A stretch of 64,000 nt of DNA from the human T2T-CHM13v2.0 reference genome, Homo sapiens, in contig CP068257.2 of NCBI GenBank assembly GCA_009914755.4, positions 33,024,001 to 33,088,000 on the forward strand. Reading direction: 5' to 3'. Below are positions 40,480 through 55,290 of this stretch, in pieces. A model generated the notes under the pieces. The model was not told the origin of the DNA. It saw nothing but the letters and a program-made list of their open reading frames with translations, and did no database searches. Position 1 is the stretch's first letter. Every line of letters begins with the position of its first letter. A program made the position numbers and the translations under genes.

Positions 40480-41240
40480 TTTTTTCCACAAAAAATAGTA
40501 CACTGGAAATACATTGGTTTACATCTTGCTTTCTTCCCTTAACAATATGTCTTGGAAATCACTCCTTATCAGTGCCTCTAGCTCTGTCACATTCTTGTGA
40601 AAAATGTCATAGTATTCTGGTGATGTGTATACTCTATAATCATTTTCTTGTAGGTAGTTGTTTAGGTAGCTTCCTCTTTTTGATATGTTAAATAATGGTG
40701 TAGTGAATATCCCTCCACAGATGCATAATAATATATGGGAGCTAAATTCTTAGAAATGGCATTGCTACGGGAAAGGGTGTGCATATTTAAGATTTTGATA
40801 ACCATTACCAAATTTCCTCTTCAAAGAGGTGATACCATGTAATGCTCCTCTGACACTATATCAGTGCCATGCTTATTTCCACAAACTTCTCTGCTGAGGT
40901 ATTATCAAATATTTTGAATCTGAGAGGTGAAAATAATGTCCATTGTCATGTAATTTGCATTTCTTTTATTATGTGTGAGGTCGAGTATACTTTTATATAT
41001 TTAAAAAGTATATAAGTATTCTTTTATATATTGATATTTGTTTTTCTGTGAGATGGCTGCTTATATTCTCTGCATTTTTCTTATGGGCTTTTGACCTATT
41101 CTTTCTGATTTTGATGTTAAAGAAGTTAGACTTTTGTCTGTCACATGTGTTCCATATATTTTTATAAGAGTGTGCTGACTGTTTGCACTTGAAAATGTAT
41201 CCTTTTAGTCTTAGTAATTTCTTGTAATTGATGCATGGGA
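40480..41240 (+). mobile_element. Old L1 (L1M/L1P-type) ORF2-3' region fragment
   Basis: gaaatggcattgctacgggaaagggtgtgcatatttaagattttgataaccattaccaaatttcctcttcaaagaggtgataccatgtaatgctcc...aatgtccattgtcatgtaatttgcatttcttttattatgtgtgaggtcgagtatacttttatat resembles the L1 consensus segment (gaattgctgggtcaaagggtatgtgcatttttaattttgatagatattgccaaattgccctcc...). Confidence 0.6.
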
Positions 41241-41303
41241 AAGCAAAGTGTGGATGATGATGGCACTCTTAGAATCTCCAACTTCATTCATTGACATCTT
41301 TAA

Positions 41304-41691
<388 letters not shown>

Positions 41692-42111
41692 CCCTTTCCC
41701 TCTATTTTTAATTAACAGGTACATTTTATCAAGTGTATGCCCTTTTAGAATGAAACTCCATGTGGCATGGTAAGAATCCCTTTTCAAAACAAAGTTTAAA
41801 CTGTACAGACAGGAGGATCACTTCATGCCTATATCACCCCATCTTCAGATGTAAGATATATCGCTTTGATCTTTGCATAATATCTACTGAAATTTATTTG
41901 ATTCCCATAAATCAAAACCATTGTGAAAATATCACCTGTGATGCAGTGATATAAAAATATTGCCTCTGAGGTTGTGTCTCTTGGCCAGATATTCTATTTG
42001 TGCTCCAGTCTGTTGAAAGAATTGACCAAAATTTATAGAGAATGAGGAGATCCAGAGAATTGTGGAGGACAATGAAGCCTACCTATAGCTTATGTTTACG
42101 GAGTGGGAGGG

Positions 42112-42469
42112 TGATATGGTTTGGCTCTTTGTCCCCACCCAAATCTCATCTCGAATTGTAATCTCCACATGTTGAGGGAGGGATGTGGTGGGAAGTGATT
42201 GGATGATGGAAGCAGTTTCCTCCATGTTGTTCTCATGATAGTGAGTGAGTTCTTATGAGATCTGATGGTTTAAAAGTGTGGCACTCTCCCCTATCCCCAC
42301 CCTGCTGCCATGTAAGATGTGCCTTGCTTCCTCTTCACCTTCCACCATGATTGTAAGTTTCCTGAGGCCTCCCCAGCCATGTGGAACTGTGAGTCAATTA
42401 AACCTCTTTTCTTTATAAATTACCCAGTCTCTGGTAGTTTTTATAGTAGTGTGAAAGTGGACTAATACA
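42112..42469 (+). mobile_element. Solitary MaLR LTR (THE1/MST-type)
   Basis: tgatatggtttggctctttgtccccacccaaatctcatctcgaattgtaatctccacatgttgagggagggatgtggtgggaag...cctccccagccatgtggaactgtgagtcaattaaacctcttttctttataaattacccagtctctggtagtttttatagtagtgtgaaagtggactaataca. Confidence 0.85.
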
Positions 42470-44702
42470 GAGGGAGAACTGAAATGCTCAAATATCAAAG
42501 GTTGTTTGAAAAAATAATTTTGAAGCTTTTGTGGAAAACACAGACTCTGTTGACATATTCCAGATTTTTACTAGGTTTGTGGATTTTATCCCTCAACTCA
42601 CTGTTTCTCTTCTTTTAATAGTATATGGCTGTTCACATAAAAATAAGTAGGGAGAAGTAAACGCTGCTTTTTTTTTTTTTGTCCTTCACACTACCAAGTG
42701 CTGTTTTGCACCCAAATGTATATTTTAAACAAATATTTATTGATTACCTGCCAAGTAGCAGACATTGTGCTTGGGGCTGGGGGTGTAACAGTGATTAGAA
42801 CAAACACAGCCCCTGCTTTTCTGGAGAACTTCAGCCTAGACAGTGATCCAGAAAGAAACAACTACTATGCAACATGAGGAAGAGGACCACAGGAGATTGC
42901 TGGGCCGGGTGGGAAGAGCAGGCTGGCAGGCTGGGCAGTGACAACAGTCTAGGGGAAAGTTAGATTCTAGATCTCTGACCATGAGGCCTGGCCCCCTGCC
43001 ATGTGCCTGTCTATTTGGAAGATGAATCAATTTATCCATCTATCTGCACAACAGATGGATGTATGAATGACAGCCATGTAGAAATAGCTACTCTGTCAGG
43101 TGGTCCATTTTTAATTATACATTTTGTAGAATGTAATTTTATATTACTATCCATAAGTTCTTTTCACCTAAGCCAGTGATGTCTCAGCAGCCAGATTGTG
43201 TTTACAGACCTTGACTTTGAGCACAGTAACTTTACAACTATTAAAGCTCTATGGCACATGAAAGATTATTTCCTTCTTCCTCTTTCTACGGTAGGAGACT
43301 ACAGTGAGGAGTGTAAGTGAAGGCCAAAATGAGGGAGAGGAAAATAAATCACTGTAATTATAGTACACAAGCAAGGAGGACCTGGAAATGTGACCTAGGT
43401 CATTCCATGTCCCCTTTCTGCAGTTATTTCTTTAAGGAGCAGCCCTTATTTTTACAAAGGAGAGGCAACACAGTGCTGATGAAGTGGCTGTCAGTTTCAG
43501 GGCACCCTTTTGGTTTCCAGGTGTGAGAGTTCAAAACTGTCCTGGAGAAGCCAGGCAGTTGGGTCCTTTTCCATAAACCTAGATTTTGCCTTCCAGCTAG
43601 GGAGACTCTCCACTGGAGAGGGTACCTGGCTACTGAGAGAGAAGAAAGCCTGGACCCATTGTTCTCAAGGCTTTATGCTTTTATTTTCCTAGCTTTGGTG
43701 GGGTGGCAGGGTGGGGGGTGGTGTGTAGGATGCTGCAGTCCAGTAGGAAGAAGCTGATATGCACTCCAGCAATCCCCCAAGCGGTGACCCTGGTCCTCCT
43801 CTAGCCACCTGGGGACATGGGGATGATGAATCAAAGCAGAGATGAACAGAGGACACTGTTTTATTCCCTGGCTGGAACACACAGTGATATTCTGATGGGG
43901 TCCTTAGGGTGAAGGCCATATGGCCTGTCCAAGACGTCGGCACATCACAGCCATCATCTGCTTTGAAGGCCGCACAAACTAAAGGTGTTATTGGTCTGGA
44001 GATCCAGTGATACTCTTTCTCCCTAAATAAGAAAAATCAACACTTTTTTGGTGCCTTTGGTGTGAGAGCCTTGGAGGTGAGTTCAAAGAACCTTGGAAAG
44101 ACTTAACTCTCTCCCCCAGCTTTGTTCTCTTTGTTTTAACTCCGGGTTGGATGTCTTCAACTCTCTTCCCATAAATGATCAAACTGGATGAAGTTTTAGG
44201 TTGCACTCGGCGGCTTCTCTGTGTCATGTAACTCTCCAAACAGAGAATCCAGTGCTTAAAGAAACACAGAGCTATTAACACATCAGACATGGAGGGGGAC
44301 ATTTTTTTGTTAGCTGCCCTTTTTACTAATATATTATAATGCTTTGAATCATAAATAACAGCAATAAAGCAAGAATGTTCTGTCACTCTCCAGGTATTGA
44401 GGCTCTGGCTAAGGGAAGTCCTGCACATATGTAGCTCCACCCATGGCTGAGTACAAAACAACAACTCCATTGCTTTTAGACACTACTAAGGTTTTCTTAA
44501 CCCATTTATGCCTAGTATTCCATTATTGGACCGCTAAGCTTGTGGAAGTTATTTATATCCTACTGCTCAATGTCATCACCAAGGTCTGCTTTTTCACACA
44601 AAAAATTTGCAACCTCAGGCATAAATGGGTTAAGCCAGTTCAACTTAGTAAATAACTAAAATGCTCAAAGCATTTATTAATATGATTAAGAACATATGCT
44701 TT

Positions 44703-45012
44703 GGCCGGGCACGGTGGCTCACACCTGTAATCCCAGCACTTTGGGAGGCTGAGGTGGGCAGATCACGAGGTCAGGAGTTCAAGACCAGCCTGGCTAACAT
44801 GGTGAAACCCTGTCTCTACTAAAAATACAAAGTTAGCAGGGCATGGTGGCACTCGCCTGTAGTCTCAGCTACTTGGGTGGCTGAGGCAGAAGAATCACTT
44901 GAACTCAAGAGGCAGAGGTTGCTGTGAGCTGAGATCACGCCACTGCGCTCCAGCCTGGGTGACAGAGTGAGACTCTGTGTCAAACAAAACAAAACAAAAA
45001 CCCAAAACCAAA
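44703..45012 (+). mobile_element. AluS-class element (sense) with a (CAAAA)n tail. TSD is AACATATGCTTTG
   Basis: ggccgggcacggtggctcacacctgtaatcccagcactttgggaggctgaggtgggcagatcacgaggtcaggagttcaagaccagcctggctaacatggtgaaaccc...; flank aacatatgctttg repeated. Confidence 0.9.
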
Positions 45013-45314
45013 AACATATGCTTTGAGCATTTTGGCACAGCCTGGAATCATATAGTGTGGTGGATTAAAGATGGCTGCCATTTCTTTAATACTCCTATTA
45101 AGAAGTGAGGTTTGATTCTCCTCCCTCTGAATCTGGCCTGACCTTAGTGACTACTTCGTAACCAGCAGAATATAGTGGACGTGATGCTGGGTGATTTTTG
45201 TCCTGCAAGACTGTGTGGCTTCTGCCTTATTCACTGACCATCCTGAGGTCACCATGCTGGAGGGGCTACCTGTGGGTGCTCCATTTGACAATCCTAGCTG
45301 AGCCCAGCCTTCCA

Positions 45315-45490
45315 GCCATCTATGCAAGATGATGGGCATGTGTGTGAAGCTGTCTTGGCCCCCTCAGACCAGCCCATCCGCAAGACACTGGGCACATGTG
45401 TGAAGCTGTCTTGGCCCCCTCAGACCAGACCATCCACAAGACACTGGGCATGTGTATGAAACTGTCTTGGCCCCTCAGAGCAGCCCATCT
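45315..45490. repeat. ~57-bp tandem repeat, 3 copies
   Basis: ccatc(t/c)(a/g)caagacactgggca(c)atgtgt(g/a)tgaa(g/a)ctgtcttggcccc(c)tcagaccag(c/a)c repeated head-to-tail three times. Confidence 0.85.
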
Positions 45491-48400
45491 GCCAGCTGAA
45501 CACTGCTGAGTAACCTTCGTCAGTGCCACACGGAACAGAAGGATCGCCCAGGCAAACCTCGCTCAAATCCTTCACTCACAAAATCATGAGATACTATAAA
45601 CCAGGTACTCTAGGCTGATAAATTGTGGGTAATTTGTTACGTGGCAATTGGTGACTGGGATATGCCATGACTGATGTCTCCTCTAAGCTAGTGAAATCTG
45701 AGTGGGTGAAAAGACAGGGCCAGATGGGAGGTGTGGAGTAACAGTTGAAAGCAATTCTAAAGGGGAGGGGGCAATCAGAGGAAAGGAAGGAGGCTCCATG
45801 CAGCCAGTTCTTCCATTTGGTGCCTGCATTTTTTCCCTTTTGAGTCACTGTAGGGATTGGACTACTCTGTCATTCAAGAACCTAAACCACTGGGATATAT
45901 AAAAACAGGCTGCAATATTAAGCAGGCTTTCTAGAACAAGATGTTCCTTTGTTGCAATAATTCCTTGTGAGAATTTCACAAGGAAATAAGCTTTTCATCT
46001 CCATGTAAAAGCTTCAGTTGGTATCAGGCCATATTATTAAATATGGATTAAAAATAGCCCCGGAGTTTTTAAAGCATAATTCATATATAAGAATAGATGG
46101 CAAATACCAGTTTGTTTGCTCAAGGACTTCTTATGCCTTGATTCCACCTGCTGTTACAATGAACACTAACATAATTAAGCCTTTTGCTAGAATTGAAAGC
46201 TAGGAGCAATGTGGTTCAGTAATTAATCAATGTGAGTCGAGGGTAGTCACCCACTTAATCCATTGAATAATAAATTAATTGTTACAACAGCTGAAAAGAA
46301 AAAATACTATACATACTTAGGAATATGTTTAGGATTAGTAGTTTTTTTTAAATGTTTACACCTATGTTTGAAAGTGTTAAGATCTAAAATATATTTCTTA
46401 GCATCTAAATGTAGGAGTGAATAAAGTTAATTTCTAAGTTTTAATGAAGAGTGAGAAGTCTGTTTTAAGGGAAAGCCTAGCTCCTTTTATGGCCTGGAAT
46501 GAGGAATCTGGCAATAAATTTTACTGATAATTACAGACAACGAGCATTGGGATGGAGCTGTCCGCTCCACTGGGGGTATGCAGTGTAAAGTATTGGTTGA
46601 GCATGCAAACAAAGTCAGTCTAGAAAGTGTGGACTTTTATTTATTTACAAAAAAAAATTTCTTTTCTAAAATAGGCCTTGCTGCAATGATGATACATGTT
46701 TCCTTTATAGACTTACAAGAAGTGTGATGCCTACTATTTGTGTCATAGTTTGAGCTGGTATAATAACAATGGACAATACTAGCAAAGATGTGAAAACGAG
46801 GGGACACAATAGTCTTTCCCCTCAATTCTCATCAGTGTGGCCGCCCCCCACCATTGGTTTGACTCTTATTCGGCTCGGAGCCTTATTTCTGCTGCTGGGT
46901 TTTGCTGGCTGTTGCTGTCCTCGCTGTCTATTTTTTCTCCCCACTAGAGCGCAGGCGAGGGAAGACAAAAGACGGAGAACGACGGTTCACCCGGGTGGTC
47001 TCCTCTGCGGCTGGCGTTCCCCTGGCCTTACAGAGAGGCTAAGAAGCAGAGACGCCTTACAGATAGTCTGCATAGACGCCCTGTATGGCCCATCTGCTCT
47101 GCCCTTGTCCCTTTCATTGTACGATGGCTTGACGCCTGCTCCACCTCAGGTAGCTCCATCTTGCGCCTAACCAAGAGGTGGGGGATAAGACCAGCGAGGG
47201 TCTCTAGTTTGCTAATATAGACTGTAGAGGAAGAAGGGAGAAGAAGGTGACTGAGCTGAGAAAGGCTTGGGCAGAGGGTGCAGGGAGACAGCTGAGCGGA
47301 CCTCAGTGGTGGGTCTCATGACTGGGATGCAATGAGACTGATTTTCCTCCTTCTCTAAGGGAGACTTGACTTGTTTCTAAGGGGAAACAGAAATTCCAGA
47401 ATTTGAGCTGAAGTAGCAAATTCTGATGGCCGCAATGTCAAAATTTCCCCCAAAGAAGCCTGCTTGTATTCTATGACTCCTTCGAAGGTGTCCAAGTCCC
47501 TTCTAGAAATTGTGAAATAGGTTTGGCGTGGTGGTGTGAGCCACTTGTCCAGCCAGGATCTTCCTTTCTAATCTCTCAGGGCACCTTTGTGAAGCTGCTC
47601 TCAGTGTGGGGTGAGGGAATGAGGTGGGCCAGCTCTCTCGCAGTTCAAAGAGAGAGCAAAGGGCTCCTTCTTTATTCTTCCCTTGCCTGAGGAGGACCCT
47701 GCCCACACCTGCATCTTTGAAGCCAACAGCCCTCTTGTTTCTTCCTCATGAACTGCAGTTCCAGATGCAGGGAGAGGGTGGAGCAGAGAAGGAGATGGAT
47801 TTCTGGGCAATGCACCTCCCCTTTGGTTTTCCACACCTCCAGCAGTCGTGGTGAGACCCACTCTTAGGAAGACGTTGTCAGTGCTCAGCACAACCCCACA
47901 GGTGCGTGTTGACATTGGAGAAGCCCAGGTGAACTGGTGTTCGAAGGTACTTGGATGAAGAATGATGTTTTTCCTTTGGGGATTGGGAGGTGCGTGCAGA
48001 ACAACACCAGAGATGGCTTCCACGGTCTGTGTTTCAAACCACGTGCCTTGTATCTCACTACCATTCGGAGTATTATTGTTTATTATTATGTCTTGCTCAT
48101 TCTCATTGCAAGTCCACTTTCTTATATAGAAGGTGCTCTAACAAGTGTCTCGTTTGGTGAGTTAAGGGATCTGAAGCTTTTTTTTTTTTTCCTGAGAATC
48201 TTCTGGGGCTGGATGGACTTGGTGTCCACTGATACTGCTTGACACAGCTCCAGGGGCACTAAACTCCCCAGTGCAGGCTGGAATACAAATGCGCCCTGAG
48301 ACGCTGTGCAATGTCAGGCTGGGGCCTTCTCTGGGGACTGCGGCTGCTGAAGATTTTTCTTTTCAATCCACTTTCTTAGGTTTGGCAGAAGCTTTCGGAC

Positions 48401-51400
48401 AACTCCATGTCTTTGTTGGCTCTCTGATGTTTCCTTGAACGCTTTATCATTTTTGATTCACCCCAACACAGCGTGAAATTATGCTTCTTGCTCCACACTG
48501 TCTTATCCAAACAGATTCTTCTCTTTTCCTTTTAGGAGCCATTCTGACTCTAGCTCTCTAGTCTTGAGGCTAGACAAGTTTCTTCTCCTTTATTCTTGGA
48601 AAAGACTTTCATTATTTTCTGAGTCTGTTTCCCATAGTTGGATCACAGGAACTTGTTTGGAGCTTCCGGCAGGAATGTCCAGACCCTTGTATATTCCCTG
48701 ACAAAGGACAGACCTCTTGATGGGTGAGGGTGGGGTGAGTGGGGATCTTTCTCTGGTCCGGCTCACAGCTCAGAGAGGGTGAGGGCACAGCGCTGCCTGG
48801 ATATCCAGCGGTGCAGGATCAGCCTCGAGGCCAGTGCTGTCACCCCACAGCACAGCCAAGTTATCATCACATGACATTTTCTTCTCGAAATAGACAAGCA
48901 CATATCTTTCCCTATTTAATTGCCTGCTGGTACCTTATTGTAAAATATTTGCAAGTTATTCTCTGTAGAGAATATATTTTATCGCCTCCTTTTCGAATTC
49001 CAGTTTTCTAAAGCCTCACTTTCCTTTATCCCTTAACACAGGACTGAAATATGGCAGTTTCTTAAGTCACTGGACTTGCCTAGATTGGATTTAGCGTAAC
49101 ACATGAGCTTATTTGGAAAATGCCAGCCTCTCCTTTGTGTGGTGTAGGTGTGTTTGTTCATCTGCAGGTGGCAGATGAAGTGACTCATTACCCTGACACT
49201 GGGTTGCTGTGTTCGCCATATGATTCGCAGCCAGTTAGGGACATTGGTTTCCTGGTCACTGAGCACAACTGCCCCCTTTGAAAACAGGAGCCTTTGAATA
49301 TCTGCTCCTCAACTGCTTTATGGACAATTACATGAAGCTGATTTCAGCCTGGGTCAGGGTTAGTGAATCCTGAAATAGTGTGGGTGCCCCCTCCTTTTCT
49401 TTTCCCCAGGGTGAGGGTGGGAAAGGAGTTATAATACATGTCAAAAAAAAAAAAAAAAAAAAAGCATGTGGCACAGAAAAGAATTCCTTATAATAAAGCC
49501 CAGACTTGGCCAGTCAGGCTGGTGTTTCTCCCTGTTTGGAGAGCAGCTGATCCCCTTTGGTCTTGGGCCACGGCCTTCCTCTCGTGTGGGTCAAACCAGG
49601 CCATATAGTTGTAGTCACTCACAGTGGAAAATGGGGGAAGGTAAAGTTTCCAGATAATTCCATAATGTCTGAGGTATCCTAAAGCTCTCTCTCTAAATTG
49701 CTAACTTCTACAGGGAGGTATTGTATGTCTTTGCTCACTGACAAAGAACTTTCAAGGTTAGCAAATAAATTTTCCATGAACTAGGAACCCTTTAACTTGT
49801 AAAGATTCAGAGACTACAAGGAAATGCAAAACTGGAATCTAACAGTTAAAACTGGAGAAGTCACTCCTCTGAACATATTGATAGTTCTAATAAAATGTTG
49901 TGATTTCCCTAAATGCCACACTTTTTTTTTGATTCTGACCCTGATTTCCCTTCTCTTGAAGCTTAAAGCCAAGTTTTCTGATTTAATACATAATATGATT
50001 TTTATGCACTCCTGGTTGATTCTTTTGTCTGCTTTCACCAATGCAAAATGTCAGGCTGGCTTAAGTGTAAAGCTTGTGAAACCCGAAGTTTTGGTTTAGT
50101 AATACAGGCTTTCCTTTCAATCTCTGTGGCCAGGAAAAAAAAAAAGGGAGTGTCGGGGAAAACTAGCAGGTTGATACAGATGAGGTTTCTTAAACATGAG
50201 GATATAGGGCAAGGTTTACCAAATTTGCATTTAAATGAAAAATACCATCCCACTCTACCATTGATCTGGTGTTTGGTCCTACAGCACATTGTGCAATTGC
50301 CTTGCTCCTTTACAAGCAATTTTGTTTGTGCTGAGAGCCGTTCATTTGCGTGCTTTTTTTGTTGAAATTGTTCCATTAAGGAAGGCAACTGCAGGAGAAA
50401 CTGATGATGTAATTGACTACAGGTGGCTCTTGTTCTTTTTGCCCTTTAAAATGAAGCAAAACTTTTCAATGAACGTGTCATCCATGAGATCTATTGAGAA
50501 CTTTAATTTAGCAATCCAAATCTTCTTAGTATTTTAGGTTGCTATTTTTTTCAGTATTCCAGGTGACTTAATTTTAACATTTGAATACTAGGATACTTTA
50601 TGGTAACAATGACCAGCTGTAGTCACTAAGACAGTTTCTCAAAACTGCCTCAAACTTTTTAGAAAGAGATCTGACAAGCATGTCTTTACAAAATGTAATT
50701 TATTAAGACAAGAGTGCTCATTTAGCTTTGCCACTTCTTCAGCCACCTCTGAGAAGGTGTCACCGTTGAGAAGGTATAGAAAAGTTATGAAAACGAACAC
50801 CTTCACTTTGTGTATAAGGAAATGGACAGATAGTGTCAACTCATGGGGAGGTTAGAGGTCACTGGAGCTGGTGCCCCCTTTTAGTTTGGCCTGAGGGAAG
50901 ATGACCACATATGTAGCTTGACGGACTGTGGCTTTTTTCTAGACAATCCTCTGTGATTCAGACTTTCATGAAAGGCTGGTGGGGGCATTTGTAGATAGGT
51001 GGATTCTCCCAGATCTCGCAAATCATACCACATAGATGATCACCTGCTTTCTACCTGACTGCAAAGCCTCTGATTTCTGGAGTCTTTTAAAAGGAAGTGT
51101 TCTAAAATCTATATTGGCTCTAAACCTGATCTCATAATAATTCCCTTAAGAACCCTTAAGATATTTCTGTTTACTCACTAGTTTCAGTGTAAACAAAAAG
51201 TACTATACAATTCCCAGCTCCCAGCTGCAGAGAAGTTTCATATATTGGTCATTGAAACTGACCTGAGTATGTTTGAAGGACTGGACTTTTTTCATTGTTA
51301 ATAGATTGCTCTAGGCCTTTGGCCTCTTTAAAACTTAAAAACATTATAAGGAAAGAGGAAGAGAAGGCAGGTGCCTCCCCGGACCCCCACCTCCAGGGAG

Positions 51401-52512
51401 CTGTGCATTTCTAAAGAACTTTGCAGAAGAGCTGGGGAATTCTGAACCAGTTGAGAAAGCTGAGTCTGAACACTTTTAGAGATAATTAGAATTTCTTTTT
51501 CTTGGTCTGCTCTGCCAGCATATGGGGTGACCCTACTCTCCCACCACTGGACTTCCTCCCCAGCCCCACCCCTTGTTCTTTAATGAGAGTCGAGAAATAA
51601 TTTACCAATCGTAAATTGCTGTTTTCCTAACATAAGGCAAAGTATGCACCATCTAGCTGCTGACCTCAAATCAAGATGCATTTTTAAAAGCACACTGTTC
51701 AGGTCCTAATTCTGTTTGAGGTGCCTAGACAAAAAGACATTGCCTTCTTCCGGTGATTCTTTTGTGAAGTCTAGGAGGTCTGTCAGGGGTTAGAAAGACC
51801 AGCTTGTCCTAGTTTTTCCAGGACTTTCCTGGTTTTAAAACTGAAAATCCTGTGTAGCAGGGAATCACTGAGTCCCAGGGAAATCTAGATGGTTTAGTCC
51901 CCCACTAGGGGCTAAAAACTAACTTGTAGCATTTTCCCACAAAACCTAATTAGGAATGGAGACCGTAAAAGGGAAAGTGATAAATGAGTGCATCTCTTGA
52001 CCACTAGGGGGCACCAATGGCCTCCAGAAGTTGTTTCCCTACCTTGACGTTTGAGGGTAGGTTCTAAAAACCATAGTAAGGAACCAAGATTTAAAAAGGC
52101 AAAATGTCATGGGTAGTCCCTTCATCCTCTTGTGGTGATGATCCAGGTCTGTGCCCTGTTAGATTTTTGGCTAGAGGGACCTCAAATCACTCTTGCCAAG
52201 TTGAAAAATTGGCGAAAAATAACCATGTGAAGCCAAATAGAAAGTTCCATTTGGAGCTTGTCCATTAGAAGCTGTGGCCCCAAAGGTGATGTGAAGGAAC
52301 AAGCAGGCCTGCCCACAGTTCAGGTCGAAACAGTTACTATAGTTCACAAGTCGACGTAGAGGAGTTGTGGTCTTGCCTTGTGACAGGGTTTGGATCTGTG
52401 TCCCTGCCCAAATCTGACAGCGAATTGTGATCCCCAGTGCTGGAGGAGGGGCCTGATGGCGGGTGATTGGATCATGGAGAGAACTCCCCCCTTGCTGTTC
52501 TCTTCATAATGA

Positions 52513-52860
<348 letters not shown>

Positions 52861-52875
52861 AAGATCTGGTTATTT

Positions 52876-53109
52876 TTTTGTTTCTCTTTTTTATTTTTGA
52901 GACAGGGTCTCGCTCTGTTGCCCAGGCTGAAGTGCGGTAGTAGAGCAGTGTGATCTCAGCTCACTGCCGCCTTGACCTCCTGGGCTCAAGCAATCCTCCA
53001 GTCTCAGCTTCCCAAGTAGCTGAGACCACAAGTGCATGCCACCATGCCCAGCTATTTTTTGTTTGTATTTTTTTGTAGTGACAAGTTTTCACCATGTTGC
53101 CCAGGCTGA
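52876..53109 (-). mobile_element. 5'-truncated Alu (antisense, right arm only), immediately adjacent to the previous Alu and flanked by the same target sequence
   Basis: gagacagggtctcgctctgttgcccaggctgaagtgcggtagtagagcagtgtgatctcagctcactgcc...tttgtagtgacaagttttcaccatgttgcccaggctg. Flanks aagatctggttattt (52861-52875) and aaatctggttgttt (53110-53123). Confidence 0.8.
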
Positions 53110-55064
53110 AATCTGGTTGTTTAAAACTGTGTGGCACCTCCTCCTTTGCTCTCTTCCTCCTTCTCCAGCCATGTAGGATGTGCCTGCTTCCCCTTCACCT
53201 TCTGCCATGATTGTAAGTTTCCTGAGGCCTCCCCAGCCATGCTTCCTGTACAGCCTGCAGAGCCATGAGCCAATTAAACATCTTTTCTTTATAAATTACC
53301 CCATCTCAGGTAGTTCTGTGTAGCAATGTGAGAATGGACTAATACACCTTGGTTGTTAGAGGTTTGGTGCAGGGATTCTCACTTTTTCTCCATGGCATCC
53401 ATGGCCATCATGCAAGTCTTTGGAAAATGAGCAGAGTGGCTCTATGCAGGAAGTTTCTGAAATAGGCTAAGTACTACCTGCTTCAGGGTTTCCTCCCTCT
53501 GCAAGTTGATGAGTAGTTGACCTGCTGAACTGTGCTGGGGAAAAGTTGAGGATTCCCATGTGGAAATTCAGCTGTATTCATTTTCTATCATTGCCATAAC
53601 AAATTACACCACAAGCTTGGTGGCTTTGAATAACTCCAATTTATTAACTCACAGTTCTGTTGATCAGAAACTTGACATGGGTCTCACTGAACTAAAATCA
53701 AGGCACTAGCAGGGCTGCATTTCTTTCTGGAGGCTCTAGGAGATAATCCAGGTCCTCACCTCCCCAGCTTCTAGAGGCTGCTTGCATGTCTTGGCTCATG
53801 GCCCCATCCTCCGTCTTTACTCCAGCCATATTTCATTTCTCCGACCCTTCTTCCCTAATCAAACCTGTCCTGACCACAGCTGGGAAAGGTTCTCATTTTC
53901 AAGCGCTCATGTGATGAGATTGGGTTTGCCTAATAATCCAGGATAATCTCCCCATGTCAAAATCCATAACCTTGATATCATTTGCAAAGTCATTTTTGCC
54001 ATGCAAGGTAATGCATTCACAGATGCTGTGAACTAGTACATGGACATCTTTGAGAGGTCATTATTCTTCCTACTGCACGAGTAAATGCCCCAGAGCTTGT
54101 TCTCTCACATTCTGTCATGGTCATTCCAGGCCATGGCCAGAGAGAGTGTGGTCAAGGGTTGACCTATTTGGAAAGTCAGTTTGTGGTTATTTGCTTGGCT
54201 GTGTTGGGGATTGCCCTATTGACCCTAACCAGTGTCTTCTCAGACTCTGAAATGAGAAAAGCAAGTCTGAAAAGTCCCTTTCCTACATGAGGAAGTGGCC
54301 TTACTTGGTGTGCTATGCTCTCTGGGTGCTTTTATTGAAAGCTATTCATAGCCAAGGCAGACATTGGTTTTACCTGCCTTAAAAAATTCCAGACCCAAAT
54401 TCTTTTGGCTAAACGACATGAAATGTGCTACTTGGGGCCATGATGGCCTGGATTAAAGCAGATTCGATGAGATTTTCCAAGGAGATCCATGGCCCTGCCT
54501 GCCTTGTTGGAAGAAAGGGTGGAATTGTTTGCCCAGATGCAGGCTTTGCAGGACTTCCTGGTTTCTGCATGTGGATGTCTGCCCCACTAGGTTGTCTAAG
54601 GGCATGGGAATGGAGGATGAGGCCTGTTGTTAATAAGGCAGAAGGACATTTTGCACTCTAGGTGTTGGTGTGGGGGAATGCAACATCAAACCCATTGTCA
54701 TCTGGAGTTGTAGCAAGGGTTTCCTACAGAGGGGACAGAATATGCACACATGACTAGAGACCCCCCCCATCCCTGGCCTACCTGGCCACCAAAGTTGTCC
54801 ACCAGGGCTGCCGAATGTTTTCTCTCCAATGCCCCAAGCACACAGGGCATGCATGTTTTACAGCCTCAACCCAGCTCCATTTTCTGTCCTAACCACTGTT
54901 TGTACTTTGCACTTTCCACCTGCTTCTGATATGTGTTCTCTTATCACCATGGATTCCAAACCTTACAGAGCAGAGCTGGGTAAAACAAACAAACAAACAA
55001 ATAAACAAGCCAACTCCCATCACTCTGAGGAAGGACCCTGCTGGCCCTGGGGTCCCCTCCATTT

Positions 55065-55290
55065 GTCCAGGGTGGGAATGAGAGAATGGATCCTAGCTGA
55101 CTGCCTGGGTTCAAATCCTGCTTTGTGACCTTGGACAAGTTTCTCTACCTCTCTGTGTCTTGGTTTTCTTAAATGGAGACAGTAGTAGTACCTACACCTG
55201 ATAGGGTTGTTGCTAGGATTAAATCTGAGTTGATACAAGTGCTCAGAACCATGAGTAGTACAGAGCACATGCTCCATATGTGTTAGTTGC
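55065..55290 (+). mobile_element. MIR SINE
   Basis: gggttcaaatcctgctttgtgaccttggacaagtttctctacctctctgtgtcttggttttcttaaatggagacagtagtagtacctacacctgatagggttgttgctaggattaaatctgagttgatacaagtgctcagaacc. Confidence 0.8.

Noticed and set aside
49443-49465. A23 tract as an Alu tail
   Set aside because: No Alu body is adjacent (preceded by ggtgagggtgggaaaggagttataatacatg). It is a simple mononucleotide run
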